Origin: an uncultured bacterium
GTDB lineage: Bacteria > Auribacterota > UBA6266
Length of the DNA: 15,528 nucleotides
Assembly: GCA_965369805.1 (NCBI GenBank)
Contig: CBDURG010000038.1
Coordinates: forward strand, 1-15,528
Direction of reading: 5' to 3'
Position 1 is the first letter of the stretch, and each line of letters starts with the position of its first letter. This document shows positions 7,694-15,528 of the stretch, in pieces. Position numbers and translations under genes: made by a program. Below the pieces are notes generated by a model. The model was not told the DNA's origin. It saw only the letters and a program-made list of their open reading frames with translations, and did no database searches.

Positions 7694-8500
7694 ATGCGGA
7701 TCATCATTCATGAAAATTATTTGACTTTAAGTAAATGGGTTGCTTATTATGTGGCGAAGAAGATTAATGAAGCAAAGCCCGCTAAAGACAAACCCTATGT
7801 TTTAGGGCTGCCTACCGGTTCGTCACCTCTGGGAATGTACCGGCATCTGATAGAATTATACAAAGAGGGGAAAGTTTCATTTAAAAATGTAATTACGTTT
7901 AACATGGATGAGTACGTTGGCATTGCTGAAAGCCATCCTGAACGCTCCCATTATTTTATGTGGCATAATTTGTTCAGCCATGTTAATATTCCGAAGGAGA
8001 ATGTAAATATTCTTAATGGTAATGCCGGGGATTTGGAAAAAGAGTGTAAAAATTATGAGACAAAAATAAAAGCTGCAGGCGGTATTAACCTATTTCTTGG
8101 AGGGATTGGGCCCGATGGGCATATAGCTTTTAACGAACCGGGCTCATCGTTGTCCAGCCTGACGCGTATAAAAACTCTTAAACATGACACGATTTTTGCC
8201 AATTCCAGGTTTTTTGATAATGATGTCAATAATGTTCCCAAAACTGCATTAACGGTAGGGGTTGGGACGGTAATGGCAGCAAATGAGGTTCTTGTTATAA
8301 TAAATGGTTACAAAAAAGCACATGCTCTTCAAAAAGTTGTTGAAGAAGGTGTTAACCATATGTGGACAGTATCGGCGCTGCAGCTTCATCCGCGCGGGAT
8401 GATTGTTTGTGATAATGAAGCGACTATGGAACTTAAGGTGGCTACGGTTAAGTATTTCAAAGATATTGAGAAGGATAACCTTTCACTGCCTAAACTGTAA
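7694..8500 (+). CDS. nagB: Glucosamine-6-phosphate deaminase NagB (allosteric hexameric type), 268 aa
   Basis: Strong collinear similarity to enterobacterial NagB: [86 protein letters not shown] and MELKV.T..YF. A GAGGAAG ribosome-binding site sits 7 nt upstream. Confidence 0.92.
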   Translation: MRIIIHENYLTLSKWVAYYVAKKINEAKPAKDKPYVLGLPTGSSPLGMYRHLIELYKEGKVSFKNVITFNMDEYVGIAESHPERSHYFMWHNLFSHVNIPKENVNILNGNAGDLEKECKNYETKIKAAGGINLFLGGIGPDGHIAFNEPGSSLSSLTRIKTLKHDTIFANSRFFDNDVNNVPKTALTVGVGTVMAANEVLVIINGYKKAHALQKVVEEGVNHMWTVSALQLHPRGMIVCDNEATMELKVATVKYFKDIEKDNLSLPKL

Positions 8501-8571
8501 TCAGAAAAGTATATTTTATTTTTTATGTAGATGAAAAACGATTTAATTGAATAAATTGAAAGGAGGTTATT

Positions 8572-9441
8572 ATGGGGTGGTTATGGGGTGTGCTGGTATT
8601 TGCGTTGATGATATTCTTTTTTGGAGTAAGAATTATACGGCCGACACATAGAGGCCTTGTTGAGAGGCTGGGGAAATATAAAAGGTTTGCCATGCCCGGT
8701 TTTAACTGGATTATCCCTGTTATAGACAGGCTGGTTGTTGTTAATATTACGGAGGTGATGGTGGATGCTCAACCTCAGGAGATAATTACAAACGATAATC
8801 TTAACGCGAGTGTGGATGCACAGGTTTATTTTAAGGTCAAGGCAGATGAGCAGCATGTAAAAAACTGCCAGTATAGTGTCAATAATTACAAGTGGCAGGT
8901 TGTAAACCTTGCACGGACAACGTTAAGAAATATTATCGGCACGTTGACTCTGAAATCGGCAAACAGCGAGAGGGATAAAATTAACGGTGAGCTGCTTGGT
9001 ACATTAAGCAAGGAAACAGCAAATTGGGGTATGGAAATAGTAAGGACAGAACTTAAAGAAATAGACCCGCCAAAGGATGTTCAGGAAACAATGAACAAGG
9101 TTGTTAAAGCCGAGAATGAAAAGATTGCTGCCCTTGATTTTGCCAATGCCGTGGAAAGGAAAGCAGATGGCTTGAAAAGATCGGAGATTAAGAAAGCGGA
9201 AGGAATTAAACAGGGTAAAATACTGCGTGCTGAGGGTGAAGCTGAATCGATAAAGCTTGTTAATGAGGCCGCAAATAAATACTTTATAGGTAACGCGCAG
9301 GTTCTAAAAAAACTGGAAACAGTTGAAAACTCCCTTAGAGATAACGCGAAGGTTATTGTCCCTACGGATTCCGAGCTTGTTAATGTAATAGGGGGACTTG
9401 CCGGTGTCCTTCCCCTCAAAAGGGAAGCTAAACAGGAATAA
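8572..9441 (+). CDS. SPFH/band-7 (stomatin/prohibitin-like) membrane protein, 289 aa
   Basis: N-terminal transmembrane helix WLWGVLVFALMIFFFGV, followed by an SPFH core with HRGLVERLGKY..PGFNWIIP...ITNDNL..VDAQVYFKV...RTELKEIDPP..V. The C-terminus is coiled-coil rich (KAENEKIAAL...). An AAAGGAGG ribosome-binding site sits 7 nt upstream. Confidence 0.85.
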   Translation: MGWLWGVLVFALMIFFFGVRIIRPTHRGLVERLGKYKRFAMPGFNWIIPVIDRLVVVNITEVMVDAQPQEIITNDNLNASVDAQVYFKVKADEQHVKNCQYSVNNYKWQVVNLARTTLRNIIGTLTLKSANSERDKINGELLGTLSKETANWGMEIVRTELKEIDPPKDVQETMNKVVKAENEKIAALDFANAVERKADGLKRSEIKKAEGIKQGKILRAEGEAESIKLVNEAANKYFIGNAQVLKKLETVENSLRDNAKVIVPTDSELVNVIGGLAGVLPLKREAKQE

Positions 9442-9465
9442 CAGCCATAATTGAAAGGTTTATCC

Positions 9466-9505
9466 GCGGAAGGCGGCCGGTTATCCGGCCGCCTTCCCTT
9501 TTTAC
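9466..9505 (+). terminator. Rho-independent terminator after the SPFH gene
   Basis: Perfect 13-bp GC-rich stem GGAAGGCGGCCGG (9468-9480) / CCGGCCGCCTTCC (9485-9497) with a TTAT loop, followed by CTTTTTAC. Confidence 0.85.
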
Positions 9506-9535
9506 TTGAAGGTTTTTTCTTCTGTATGGTAATAT
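9506..9535 (+). promoter_or_regulatory. Candidate sigma70-type promoter of the his operon (-35 TTGAAG, 18-nt spacer, -10 TAATAT)
   Basis: TTGAAG at 9506-9511 and TAATAT at 9530-9535, placed immediately after the terminator and about 38 nt upstream of the hisD ATG. There is no room for a leader peptide or attenuator. Confidence 0.45.
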
Positions 9536-9572
9536 ACTTAGCTCGACATAGTTATATTTAAAAGGAAATATT

Positions 9573-10871
9573 ATGGAAAGAATTGATTGCCGCCTGGAAA
9601 GGGGCGTAAGCAGGCTAAAAGGATTAAAAGAGGCCGCTTTATATAATGAAGAAGTGGAACAATCGGTCTCTGAGATTTTACAAAAGGTCAGGGTTTTGGG
9701 AGACAAAGCCCTTATTGAATATACAGAGGCATTTGACAGTTATTCTTTGAGTCCTTTGATGATAGAAGTTAAAAAAGACGCAATAGATGTATCAAGAGCG
9801 TCTATTTCTAAGGAATTGACTGATTCTATTAAATACGCTAAGAAAAACATTGAAGAATATGCGAAAAAACTTTTAAAAAAAAGCTGGTCATATAAAAGGA
9901 GAGACGGTTCGGTTCTGGGTGAAGAGATAAGGCCTGTTGAAAAGGTTGGCATATATGTTCCCGGGGGCACGGCCCCGTTAGTGTCAACGGTTCTTATGAC
10001 CGCGGTTATCGCGAGAGTCGCGGGAGTTAAGGAAATTTTTGTAGCGTCGCCTCCGTGTACAGGCGGTGATATTAGCCCCGGAATTCTTGCTGCCTGCAGT
10101 ATAGCGGGAGTTGATAGTGTTTTCAGGGTTGGCGGTGCTCAGGCAATTGGGGCTTTTGCGTTTGGCACCAAAACGGTTCCCAAAGTGGATAAAATTGTAG
10201 GCCCCGGCAACATGTATGTTTCCTGCGCGAAAAGACAGGTGTATGGGTTTGTTGATATTGATATGGTGGCTGGCCCGAGTGAGGTTTTGATTATTGCGGA
10301 CAAAACTTCAAATCCTGAATTTATCGCGGCTGATATGCTCGCTCAGGCTGAACACGATGCTGCCAGCAGGATTTACCTTGTTTCGGTTGACAAGGATTTA
10401 ATCGTCAATGTTGAAAAGGAAATCTACCGCCAGTCAATCATGTTATCGAGGAAAAAAATAATTTCAGAATCATTGAGCAGGGGAGCGTTTCTTGTTGTTG
10501 TGAGGGATGTTATCCAGGCAATAAATATTGCTAATATAATTGCGCCGGAACACATTGAGGTAATGATTGAAAATCCTGAATTTGTGGTAAGGAGAATAAA
10601 TAACGCGGGGGCGATTTTTGTCGGAAAATGGACTCCTGAAGCAATGGGCGATTTTGTTGCCGGCCCGAGCCATGTTTTGCCGACTTCCGGGGGGGCAAGA
10701 TGGTTTTCCGGTTTGTCGGTGAGTGATTTTCTAAAAAGGATTTCACTTATAAATTACAGTGAAGAAGCTTTTAAAAAGGCATCAAAATACGCGGTGGAGT
10801 TTTCTGACACAGAAAAACTTGATGGACATGGGAATTCTGTAAAGATACGCATGAAAAAGAACAGGATATAG
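9573..10871 (+). CDS. hisD: Histidinol dehydrogenase HisD, 432 aa
   Basis: Full-length HisD with conserved blocks GIYVPGGTAPLVSTVLM, VGGAQAIGAFAFGT, VDKIVGPGN.YV, DMVAGPSEVLIIAD and AQAEHD...S. An AAAGGAAA ribosome-binding site precedes the ATG. Confidence 0.93.
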   Translation: MERIDCRLERGVSRLKGLKEAALYNEEVEQSVSEILQKVRVLGDKALIEYTEAFDSYSLSPLMIEVKKDAIDVSRASISKELTDSIKYAKKNIEEYAKKLLKKSWSYKRRDGSVLGEEIRPVEKVGIYVPGGTAPLVSTVLMTAVIARVAGVKEIFVASPPCTGGDISPGILAACSIAGVDSVFRVGGAQAIGAFAFGTKTVPKVDKIVGPGNMYVSCAKRQVYGFVDIDMVAGPSEVLIIADKTSNPEFIAADMLAQAEHDAASRIYLVSVDKDLIVNVEKEIYRQSIMLSRKKIISESLSRGAFLVVVRDVIQAINIANIIAPEHIEVMIENPEFVVRRINNAGAIFVGKWTPEAMGDFVAGPSHVLPTSGGARWFSGLSVSDFLKRISLINYSEEAFKKASKYAVEFSDTEKLDGHGNSVKIRMKKNRI

Positions 10872-10941
10872 TATGTAGTAAAAAACCAAAGTTCTTGGGG
10901 CTGGCACGTGGGTGTTACGAACGATGAGACACTGTTTTTTA

Positions 10942-10969
10942 ATACTACATACTCAATACTATATACTAA
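10942..10969 (+). repeat. 4x tandem heptad repeat ATACTNN (ATACTAC ATACTCA ATACTAT ATACTAA) ending 6 nt before the hisC start codon
   Basis: Read directly from the sequence at 10942-10969. It lies inside the 104-nt hisD-hisC gap, and no Shine-Dalgarno motif precedes hisC. Confidence 0.6.
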
Positions 10970-10975
10970 TTTAAA

Positions 10976-12049
10976 ATGAATTGTTTTAGAAAAAATATTG
11001 AAAAACTTAAACCGTATGCACCCGGCTTTCAGCCTGGCAGGGAGGATTTTGTCAAATTAAATACCAATGAAAATCCCCATCCTCCTTCAAAGCGTGTTTT
11101 AAAGGTAACCCGGGATAACATTGGAATGAGCCTGCGTTTATACCCGGATCCTTCAGGGGCCGAATTAAGATCCGCGGCAGCCAGGGTTCTGGGGTTTAAA
11201 GTTGAAAACATAATAGCGGGTAACGGTTCAGATGAGATTCTGTCTTTGATCTTCAGGGCTGTGCTTGATAAAGGAGATAAGACAGCTATAACATTTCCTA
11301 CATATTCTCTTTATAAGGTTATCGCGGATATCCAGGATGCCGTGATTGAAGAGCACAGACTTAGACAGCAGGATAGGCTGCCGGCCTCATTTTTTAAAAC
11401 AAAAGCTAAATTGATTGTTATTTCAAATCCTAATGCTCCTACAGGATGTGTTTTTCCCAAGAAGGACATTGAAAAACTTTGCAGGTCTCAAAAGAAGGCT
11501 TTGATTTGAATTGACGAAGCGTATGTTGATTTTTCGACATACAATTGTTTGTCCATGGTAAAAAAGTACCGCAATGTAGTCGTAACGAGGTCTCTTTCCA
11601 AGTCATATGCTCTCGCGGGGATGAGGATAGGCCTTGGCATAGCGAATAAGAAAACTATTGATATGCTGTTAAAGGTTAAAGATTCATATAATATGAACAG
11701 GCTTAGTATAAAAGCCGGCAAAGCCGCAATGGATGACAGGCAGTATTTTAGCAAAATCAAAAAAAATGTTATAAAAACCAGGTTGTTTTTGGGCAAAAGA
11801 TTAAAAGCGATGGGATTTGAAATACTGCCTTCATCGGCTAATTTTATATTCGCGAAACCCCCTGTTGACGCGAAGAATCTGACTGCCCGGCTCGAAGGAA
11901 AAAATATCCTGGTGCGCTATTTTTGTACAGACTGGTTGAAAGATTATATAAGAATAAGTGTTGGGACAATGAAAGAAATTAAGATGTTTTTAAAGGAAAC
12001 AGAAGCACTTTTGAAAACAGTAATTAGTAAGCAGAAAAATTGTGAGTAG
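10976..12049 (+). pseudogene. hisC: Histidinol-phosphate aminotransferase HisC interrupted by one in-frame TGA at 11507-11509 (N-part 10976-11506, C-part 11510-12046, same frame)
   Basis: The two listed ORFs, 10976-11509 and 11549-12049, are both in frame 2. Translation across the junction reads ...[48 protein letters not shown]... The IDEAY and LSKS(Y)ALAG PLP-Lys motifs are intact, as is the N-terminal NENP...GNGSDEIL motif. The only defect is the single TGA. Confidence 0.8.
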
Positions 12050-12084
12050 TGAATGGTATACTGCTTTTTGAAAAGGGAGGTCAC

Positions 12085-12672
12085 ATGGCAAGGTCTGCTG
12101 TTATAAAGAGAAAAACAAAAGAAACTGATATCCGGGTTAAGATTAACATTGATGGCGAAGGGAAGGGCAGGATATCTACCGGGGTAGGTTTTTTTGACCA
12201 CATGCTGGAACTTTTTTCCAAACATTCGCTTATTGATATCGAAATAAAAGCTGAAGGCGATGTACATGTTGATGACCACCATATAGTTGAAGATGTTGGT
12301 ATCGCATTGGGTGAGGCGTTTAAAAAAGCTTTTGCAAACAAGAAAGGGATAATTAGATATTCCAGCGCGCGTGTTCCCATGGATGAAGCCCTTGTAGAAG
12401 CATCTTTGGATGTAAGCGGTAGAGCCTATCTGGAATACAAGATTAAAACCAGAAGGATTAAACTTGGTTCTTTTAATGTGAGTCTGGTTAAGGAATTCAT
12501 GAGGGCATTTGTGCAGAATGCGCAGATTACACTGCATCTTATTCTTATAAGCGGGGAGGATGTTCATCACATTTATGAAGCGGCATTTAAGGCTCTTGCA
12601 AAAGTGTTTAGAGAAGCCTTGAAAGTCGATAAGAGGGTTAAGGGAACCCCTTCGACAAAAGGGAAATTGTAA
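12085..12672 (+). CDS. hisB: Imidazoleglycerol-phosphate dehydratase HisB (monofunctional, no histidinol-phosphatase domain)
   Basis: MARSAVIKRKTKETDIRVKINIDGEGK..., with DHHIVEDVGIALG and the metal-binding HH/E motifs. An AAGGGAGG ribosome-binding site lies 7 nt before the ATG at 12085. The listed ORF start at 12049 is an upstream GTG overlapping the hisC stop and is rejected. Confidence 0.9.
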   Translation: MARSAVIKRKTKETDIRVKINIDGEGKGRISTGVGFFDHMLELFSKHSLIDIEIKAEGDVHVDDHHIVEDVGIALGEAFKKAFANKKGIIRYSSARVPMDEALVEASLDVSGRAYLEYKIKTRRIKLGSFNVSLVKEFMRAFVQNAQITLHLILISGEDVHHIYEAAFKALAKVFREALKVDKRVKGTPSTKGKL

Positions 12673-12700
12673 AAGCAGTATATAGTATAAGGTTTTGTTA

Positions 12701-13330
12701 ATGAGTAAGATAGCTATTTTAGATTATGGAATGGGTAACTTAAGGAGTGTTCAAAAAGCTCTTGAGAAATATGGAGCTTCGGTTGTTTTGAGTTCCTGTC
12801 CTGAAGAAATTAAGGATATGGCAGCTCTTGTTGTTCCCGGCGTCGGTGCTTTTGATGACTGCGTCAGAAATCTCAAACGCGACAACCTGGACAGGACAAT
12901 AACAGATTTTATTTCTTCGGGACGCCCTTTCCTGGGTATATGTTTGGGTTTGCAGATACTATTTGAAGGAAGCGAAGAGGGTGGTGAAAAAGGGCTTGGG
13001 ATCTTCAAGGGCAAAGTTTTGCGGTTTCCTCCTATGTTGAAAGTTCCCCATATGGGATGGAATTCTTTAGAATTAACTGCTTCGGGTAAAAAATGTGAAA
13101 TATTAAAAGATATAAAGGATGGCGAGTATTTTTATTTTGTTCATTCTTACTATGTAAAGCCTGAAGATAAAAGTATTATTGCCACAACTACAGATTATGA
13201 TGTGGAATTTACTTCTTCCGTTTGCAGCAAAAATATTTTTGCGTGCCAGTTTCACCCTGAGAAAAGCCAGAACGCAGGCCTGAAACTGATAGAGAATTTT
13301 GTGAAATATACACAGAAAGCAAGAACATGA
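12701..13330 (+). CDS. hisH: Imidazole glycerol phosphate synthase, glutaminase subunit HisH
   Basis: MSKIAILDYGMGNLRSV, the nucleophile elbow GICLGLQ, and FHPEKS. The stop is TGA within ATGA, overlapping the hisA start. Confidence 0.9.
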   Translation: MSKIAILDYGMGNLRSVQKALEKYGASVVLSSCPEEIKDMAALVVPGVGAFDDCVRNLKRDNLDRTITDFISSGRPFLGICLGLQILFEGSEEGGEKGLGIFKGKVLRFPPMLKVPHMGWNSLELTASGKKCEILKDIKDGEYFYFVHSYYVKPEDKSIIATTTDYDVEFTSSVCSKNIFACQFHPEKSQNAGLKLIENFVKYTQKART

Positions 13331-14055
13331 TTATAATTCCCGCGATAGATATAGTGGATGGTAAGTGTGTCCGCCTTAAACAGGGTAAAACTGAGGAAAA
13401 AACCGTATATTCGGATTCTCCTGTTGAGATGGCAAAAAGATGGCAAAAAGAGGGCGCGTCTTTTCTGCATATTGTAGATCTTGACGGGGCTTTCGGAGGC
13501 AAACCCGCGAACAAAAAAACAATAGAGGAAATAATAAAAACCCTGAATATTGACACAGAAGTCGGAGGCGGAATACGCAGCTTTGAACATATAGAGGAAT
13601 ATCTTTCTTTTGGGGCCAGGAGAGTTGTTGTCGGGACTTCGGCATGTGAGAATGCGGGATTTGCGCATGATGCGTATCAGAATTTTAAAGACAGGGTAAT
13701 AATAGCGGTTGATACAAAAGATGGTTTTGTGGTTAAAAAAGGCTGGTTGGAAACGTCCCGGCTTAAGGTTGAGGAATTTGTCCGTGATTTGAAAAAAATT
13801 GGATTTGAAGAGATAATTTATACTGATATATTGAAAGATGGTATGCTTGAAGGCCCGAATATCAAAGCGTGTGAAGATCTTCTGGATGTCACCGGTATAA
13901 AACTTGTTGCTTCCGGCGGTATTTCTACGCTTGAAGATGTAAAGAGGCTGTCCGGGCTTGCTCCTAAAGGTATTACGGGCGCGATAATCGGCAAAGCTCT
14001 TTACGATGGAAAATTGAATTTAAAGGATATAACAGGTGCGGCAAATGCTGGCTAA
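13327..14055 (+). CDS. hisA: 1-(5-phosphoribosyl)-5-[(5-phosphoribosylamino)methylideneamino]imidazole-4-carboxamide isomerase HisA
   Basis: [20 protein letters not shown], then HIVDLDGA, then a (beta/alpha)8 barrel with GGGIRS...VVVGT and a C-terminal SGGIS. The ATGA overlap with hisH suggests translational coupling. Confidence 0.9.
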   Translation: MIIIPAIDIVDGKCVRLKQGKTEEKTVYSDSPVEMAKRWQKEGASFLHIVDLDGAFGGKPANKKTIEEIIKTLNIDTEVGGGIRSFEHIEEYLSFGARRVVVGTSACENAGFAHDAYQNFKDRVIIAVDTKDGFVVKKGWLETSRLKVEEFVRDLKKIGFEEIIYTDILKDGMLEGPNIKACEDLLDVTGIKLVASGGISTLEDVKRLSGLAPKGITGAIIGKALYDGKLNLKDITGAANAG

Positions 14056-14803
14056 AAGGATAATTCCCTGCCTGGATGTTAAAGAGGGCAGGGTTGTAAA
14101 AGGTATAAATTTTGAGGGTTTAAAGGATGCGGGTGACCCCGTTGAAATAGCTGGGGTTTATGACCGGGCGGGAGCAGATGAGCTTGTTTTCCTTGACATA
14201 ACCGCATCCCATGAAAAAAGAAAAATAATGATTGATGTTGTGAAGAAAACGGCGGAAAAATGTTTCATGCCGCTTACAGTCGGCGGAGGGATTTCTTCGC
14301 TGGAGGATATACGTGAACTGCTTAAGAACGGAGCCGATAAGGTTTCAATTAATACGCCGGTGGTAAAAAATCCTCAGTTTGTCAAGGAAGCTTCATCAAT
14401 GTTTGGTTCGCAGTGTATAGTGGTAGCAATTGATGCAAAGCGAGTATGTGAAGGTAAATGGCAGATATACATTAATGGCGGAAGAACACCTGTCCGGCGT
14501 GATGCGGTTGAGTGGGCCCTGGAAGTGGAAAAACTGGGGGCAGGGGAAATCCTTTTAACGAGCATGGATTCTGACGGCACGAAAGATGGATACGATATCG
14601 AGCTTACAGGAAAAATTTCTTCTGCGGTTAGAATTCCGGTTATTGCTTCCGGCGGTGCCGGAACTTGTGAACATATTTTAAAAGTTTTAACGGATGGAAT
14701 GGCTGATGCGGCTCTTGCGGCATCGATTTTCCATTACAGGGAAATAGAGATTAGGGAAGTGAAGGATTACTTAAAAAAACACGGGGTATGTGTCCGAAAT
14801 TAA
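14045..14803 (+). CDS. hisF: Imidazole glycerol phosphate synthase, cyclase subunit HisF
   Basis: [20 protein letters not shown] is the canonical HisF N-terminus. Other HisF blocks are [14 protein letters not shown] and ASGGAG. The ATG at 14045 overlaps the hisA 3' end by 11 nt. The GTG at 14036 is also possible. Confidence 0.92.
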   Translation: MLAKRIIPCLDVKEGRVVKGINFEGLKDAGDPVEIAGVYDRAGADELVFLDITASHEKRKIMIDVVKKTAEKCFMPLTVGGGISSLEDIRELLKNGADKVSINTPVVKNPQFVKEASSMFGSQCIVVAIDAKRVCEGKWQIYINGGRTPVRRDAVEWALEVEKLGAGEILLTSMDSDGTKDGYDIELTGKISSAVRIPVIASGGAGTCEHILKVLTDGMADAALAASIFHYREIEIREVKDYLKKHGVCVRN

Positions 14804-14820
14804 AAGGTAAGGTTTTTATA

Positions 14821-15213
14821 ATGAATAATATTATCAATGATATAAAGTACGGCCCGGACGGCCTTGTAACAGCAGTGGTAGTTGATGTTGAAGACGCAGC
14901 GGTCCTTATGGTTGCGTATATGAACGCGGAGTCATTGAAAAGAACCCTTGAAACGGGAAAGATGACTTACTGGAGCAGGTCCAGGCAGAAATTCTGGGTT
15001 AAAGGTGAGTCTTCCGGCAATGTGCAAATTGTTAAGGAAATTCGGGTTGATTGTGATAAAGATTGCCTTCTCTTTAAAGTTGAACAAAAAGGAAGAGCGG
15101 CCTGTCACACCGGCTACAGAAGCTGTTTTTACAGGAAGCTTGGTGATGGGCAGTGGGTGATAGCCGGGGAAAAGGTATTTAATCCTGAAAAAGTGTACAA
15201 TAAAAAGCCGTGA
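14821..15213 (+). CDS. hisI: Phosphoribosyl-AMP cyclohydrolase HisI (monofunctional; no HisE domain)
   Basis: [24 protein letters not shown]...K.TYWSRSR...W.KGE.SGN.Q.V.EI..DCD.D.LL..V.Q.G.ACHTG..SCFY are HisI zinc/Cys motifs. The ATG at 14821 is preceded by AAGGTAAGG. The ATG at 14788 would overlap hisF. Confidence 0.85.
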   Translation: MNNIINDIKYGPDGLVTAVVVDVEDAAVLMVAYMNAESLKRTLETGKMTYWSRSRQKFWVKGESSGNVQIVKEIRVDCDKDCLLFKVEQKGRAACHTGYRSCFYRKLGDGQWVIAGEKVFNPEKVYNKKP

Positions 15214-15317
15214 ATTGTTGTTCGTGAATTGTGAATCGTAAAAAACCGTGGAAAGATTGAAGCGCGTGATAAAGCGTTTAACCATTAAGTTTAATTTTCA
15301 ACCGAAGGTTGCTAATT

Positions 15318-15528
15318 ATGTATTATCCGGATAAAAAAGAATTTATTAAAAAGGCAAAAAAAGGGAACCTGGTTCCTGTCTTTAAGGAAATTGTTGCTGA
15401 CATGGAAACGCCTGTGTCAGCTTTCAGGAAGATATCATCAAAGAATTTTTGTTTTCTCCTTGAAAGTGTTGAGGGCGGTGAAAATATAGCGAGGTATTCT
15501 TTCCTTGGCTCAAATCCAAGTATTATTT
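15318..15528 (+). CDS. trpE: Anthranilate synthase component I (TrpE) N-terminus, 3'-truncated by the window edge
   Basis: [68 protein letters not shown] matches the TrpE N-terminal L.PV..E...D..TP...F.K.....FLLES...G...RYSF.G consensus. A GAAGG ribosome-binding site lies 9 nt upstream. A PabB-type paralogue cannot be excluded from 70 aa. Confidence 0.72.
   Translation, partial: MYYPDKKEFIKKAKKGNLVPVFKEIVADMETPVSAFRKISSKNFCFLLESVEGGENIARYSFLGSNPSII

Noticed and set aside
8500-8571. AT-rich spacer upstream of the SPFH gene, examined for a promoter or small RNA
   Set aside because: It contains only a strong ribosome-binding site (AAAGGAGG). A TTGAAT hexamer is present, but no -10 element sits at a workable distance, so there is nothing beyond generic AT-richness.
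10923-10973. A 16-codon mini-ORF (MRHCFLILHTQYYILI) in the hisD-hisC gap, considered as a possible his leader peptide
   Set aside because: It has only two non-adjacent His codons, lies in the middle of the operon rather than before the first gene, and overlaps the heptad repeat. It does not resemble a his attenuator leader.
12049-12084. N-terminal extensions from upstream GTG/TTG starts listed in the ORF track for hisB (12049), hisH (12695), hisF (14036), thpR (4117), the DJ-1-like gene (2237) and cinA (2814)
   Set aside because: In each case a downstream ATG has a better-positioned Shine-Dalgarno and matches the conserved family N-terminus, and the extension would overlap the preceding gene.
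11944-12570. A 208-aa minus-strand ORF and many other 60-140 aa minus-strand ORFs from the track (for example 2582-2914, 7242-7577, 9081-9419, 13209-13668)
   Set aside because: All lie entirely inside well-supported + strand genes (hisB, alaS, the SPFH gene, hisH/hisA). Their translations are low-complexity and Ser/Phe/Leu/Ile-rich, as expected for antisense frames of AT-rich coding DNA, and they have no recognisable motifs or ribosome-binding sites.

Overview
This is a ~15.5 kb AT-rich bacterial chromosomal segment in which every supportable gene lies on the + strand. I see no defence island, mobile element, CRISPR array or obviously novel multi-gene system; the notable points are individual anomalies.

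The window holds two blocks, with genes in this order:
- Housekeeping and DNA-damage block: birA (5'-truncated), coaX, an endonuclease-III-like HhH-GPD gene, a secreted DJ-1/PfpI-like gene, cinA, thpR/ligT, recA, an unusually short alaS, nagB, and an SPFH/band-7 gene.
- Biosynthetic block: a strong rho-independent terminator and a sigma70-like promoter, followed by a tightly packed histidine operon (hisD, hisC, hisB, hisH, hisA, hisF, hisI) and the start of trpE at the window edge.

No minus-strand ORF is credible; all are shadows of + strand genes. No tRNA or rRNA is present.

The points worth a second look are:
- hisC carries a single in-frame TGA inside an otherwise intact, fully motif-bearing gene.
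- alaS encodes a minimal AlaRS (604 aa) with no C-Ala domain and a reduced editing-domain N-terminus.
- The DJ-1/PfpI homologue has a signal peptide and has lost both the catalytic Cys and His; a G8 tract sits in its ribosome-binding site.
- A 4x heptad tandem repeat (ATACTNN) directly precedes hisC, inside an unusually long intra-operon gap.
- A TAGTT-N11-AACTA palindrome between a candidate recA promoter and the recA ribosome-binding site may be an SOS-type operator.
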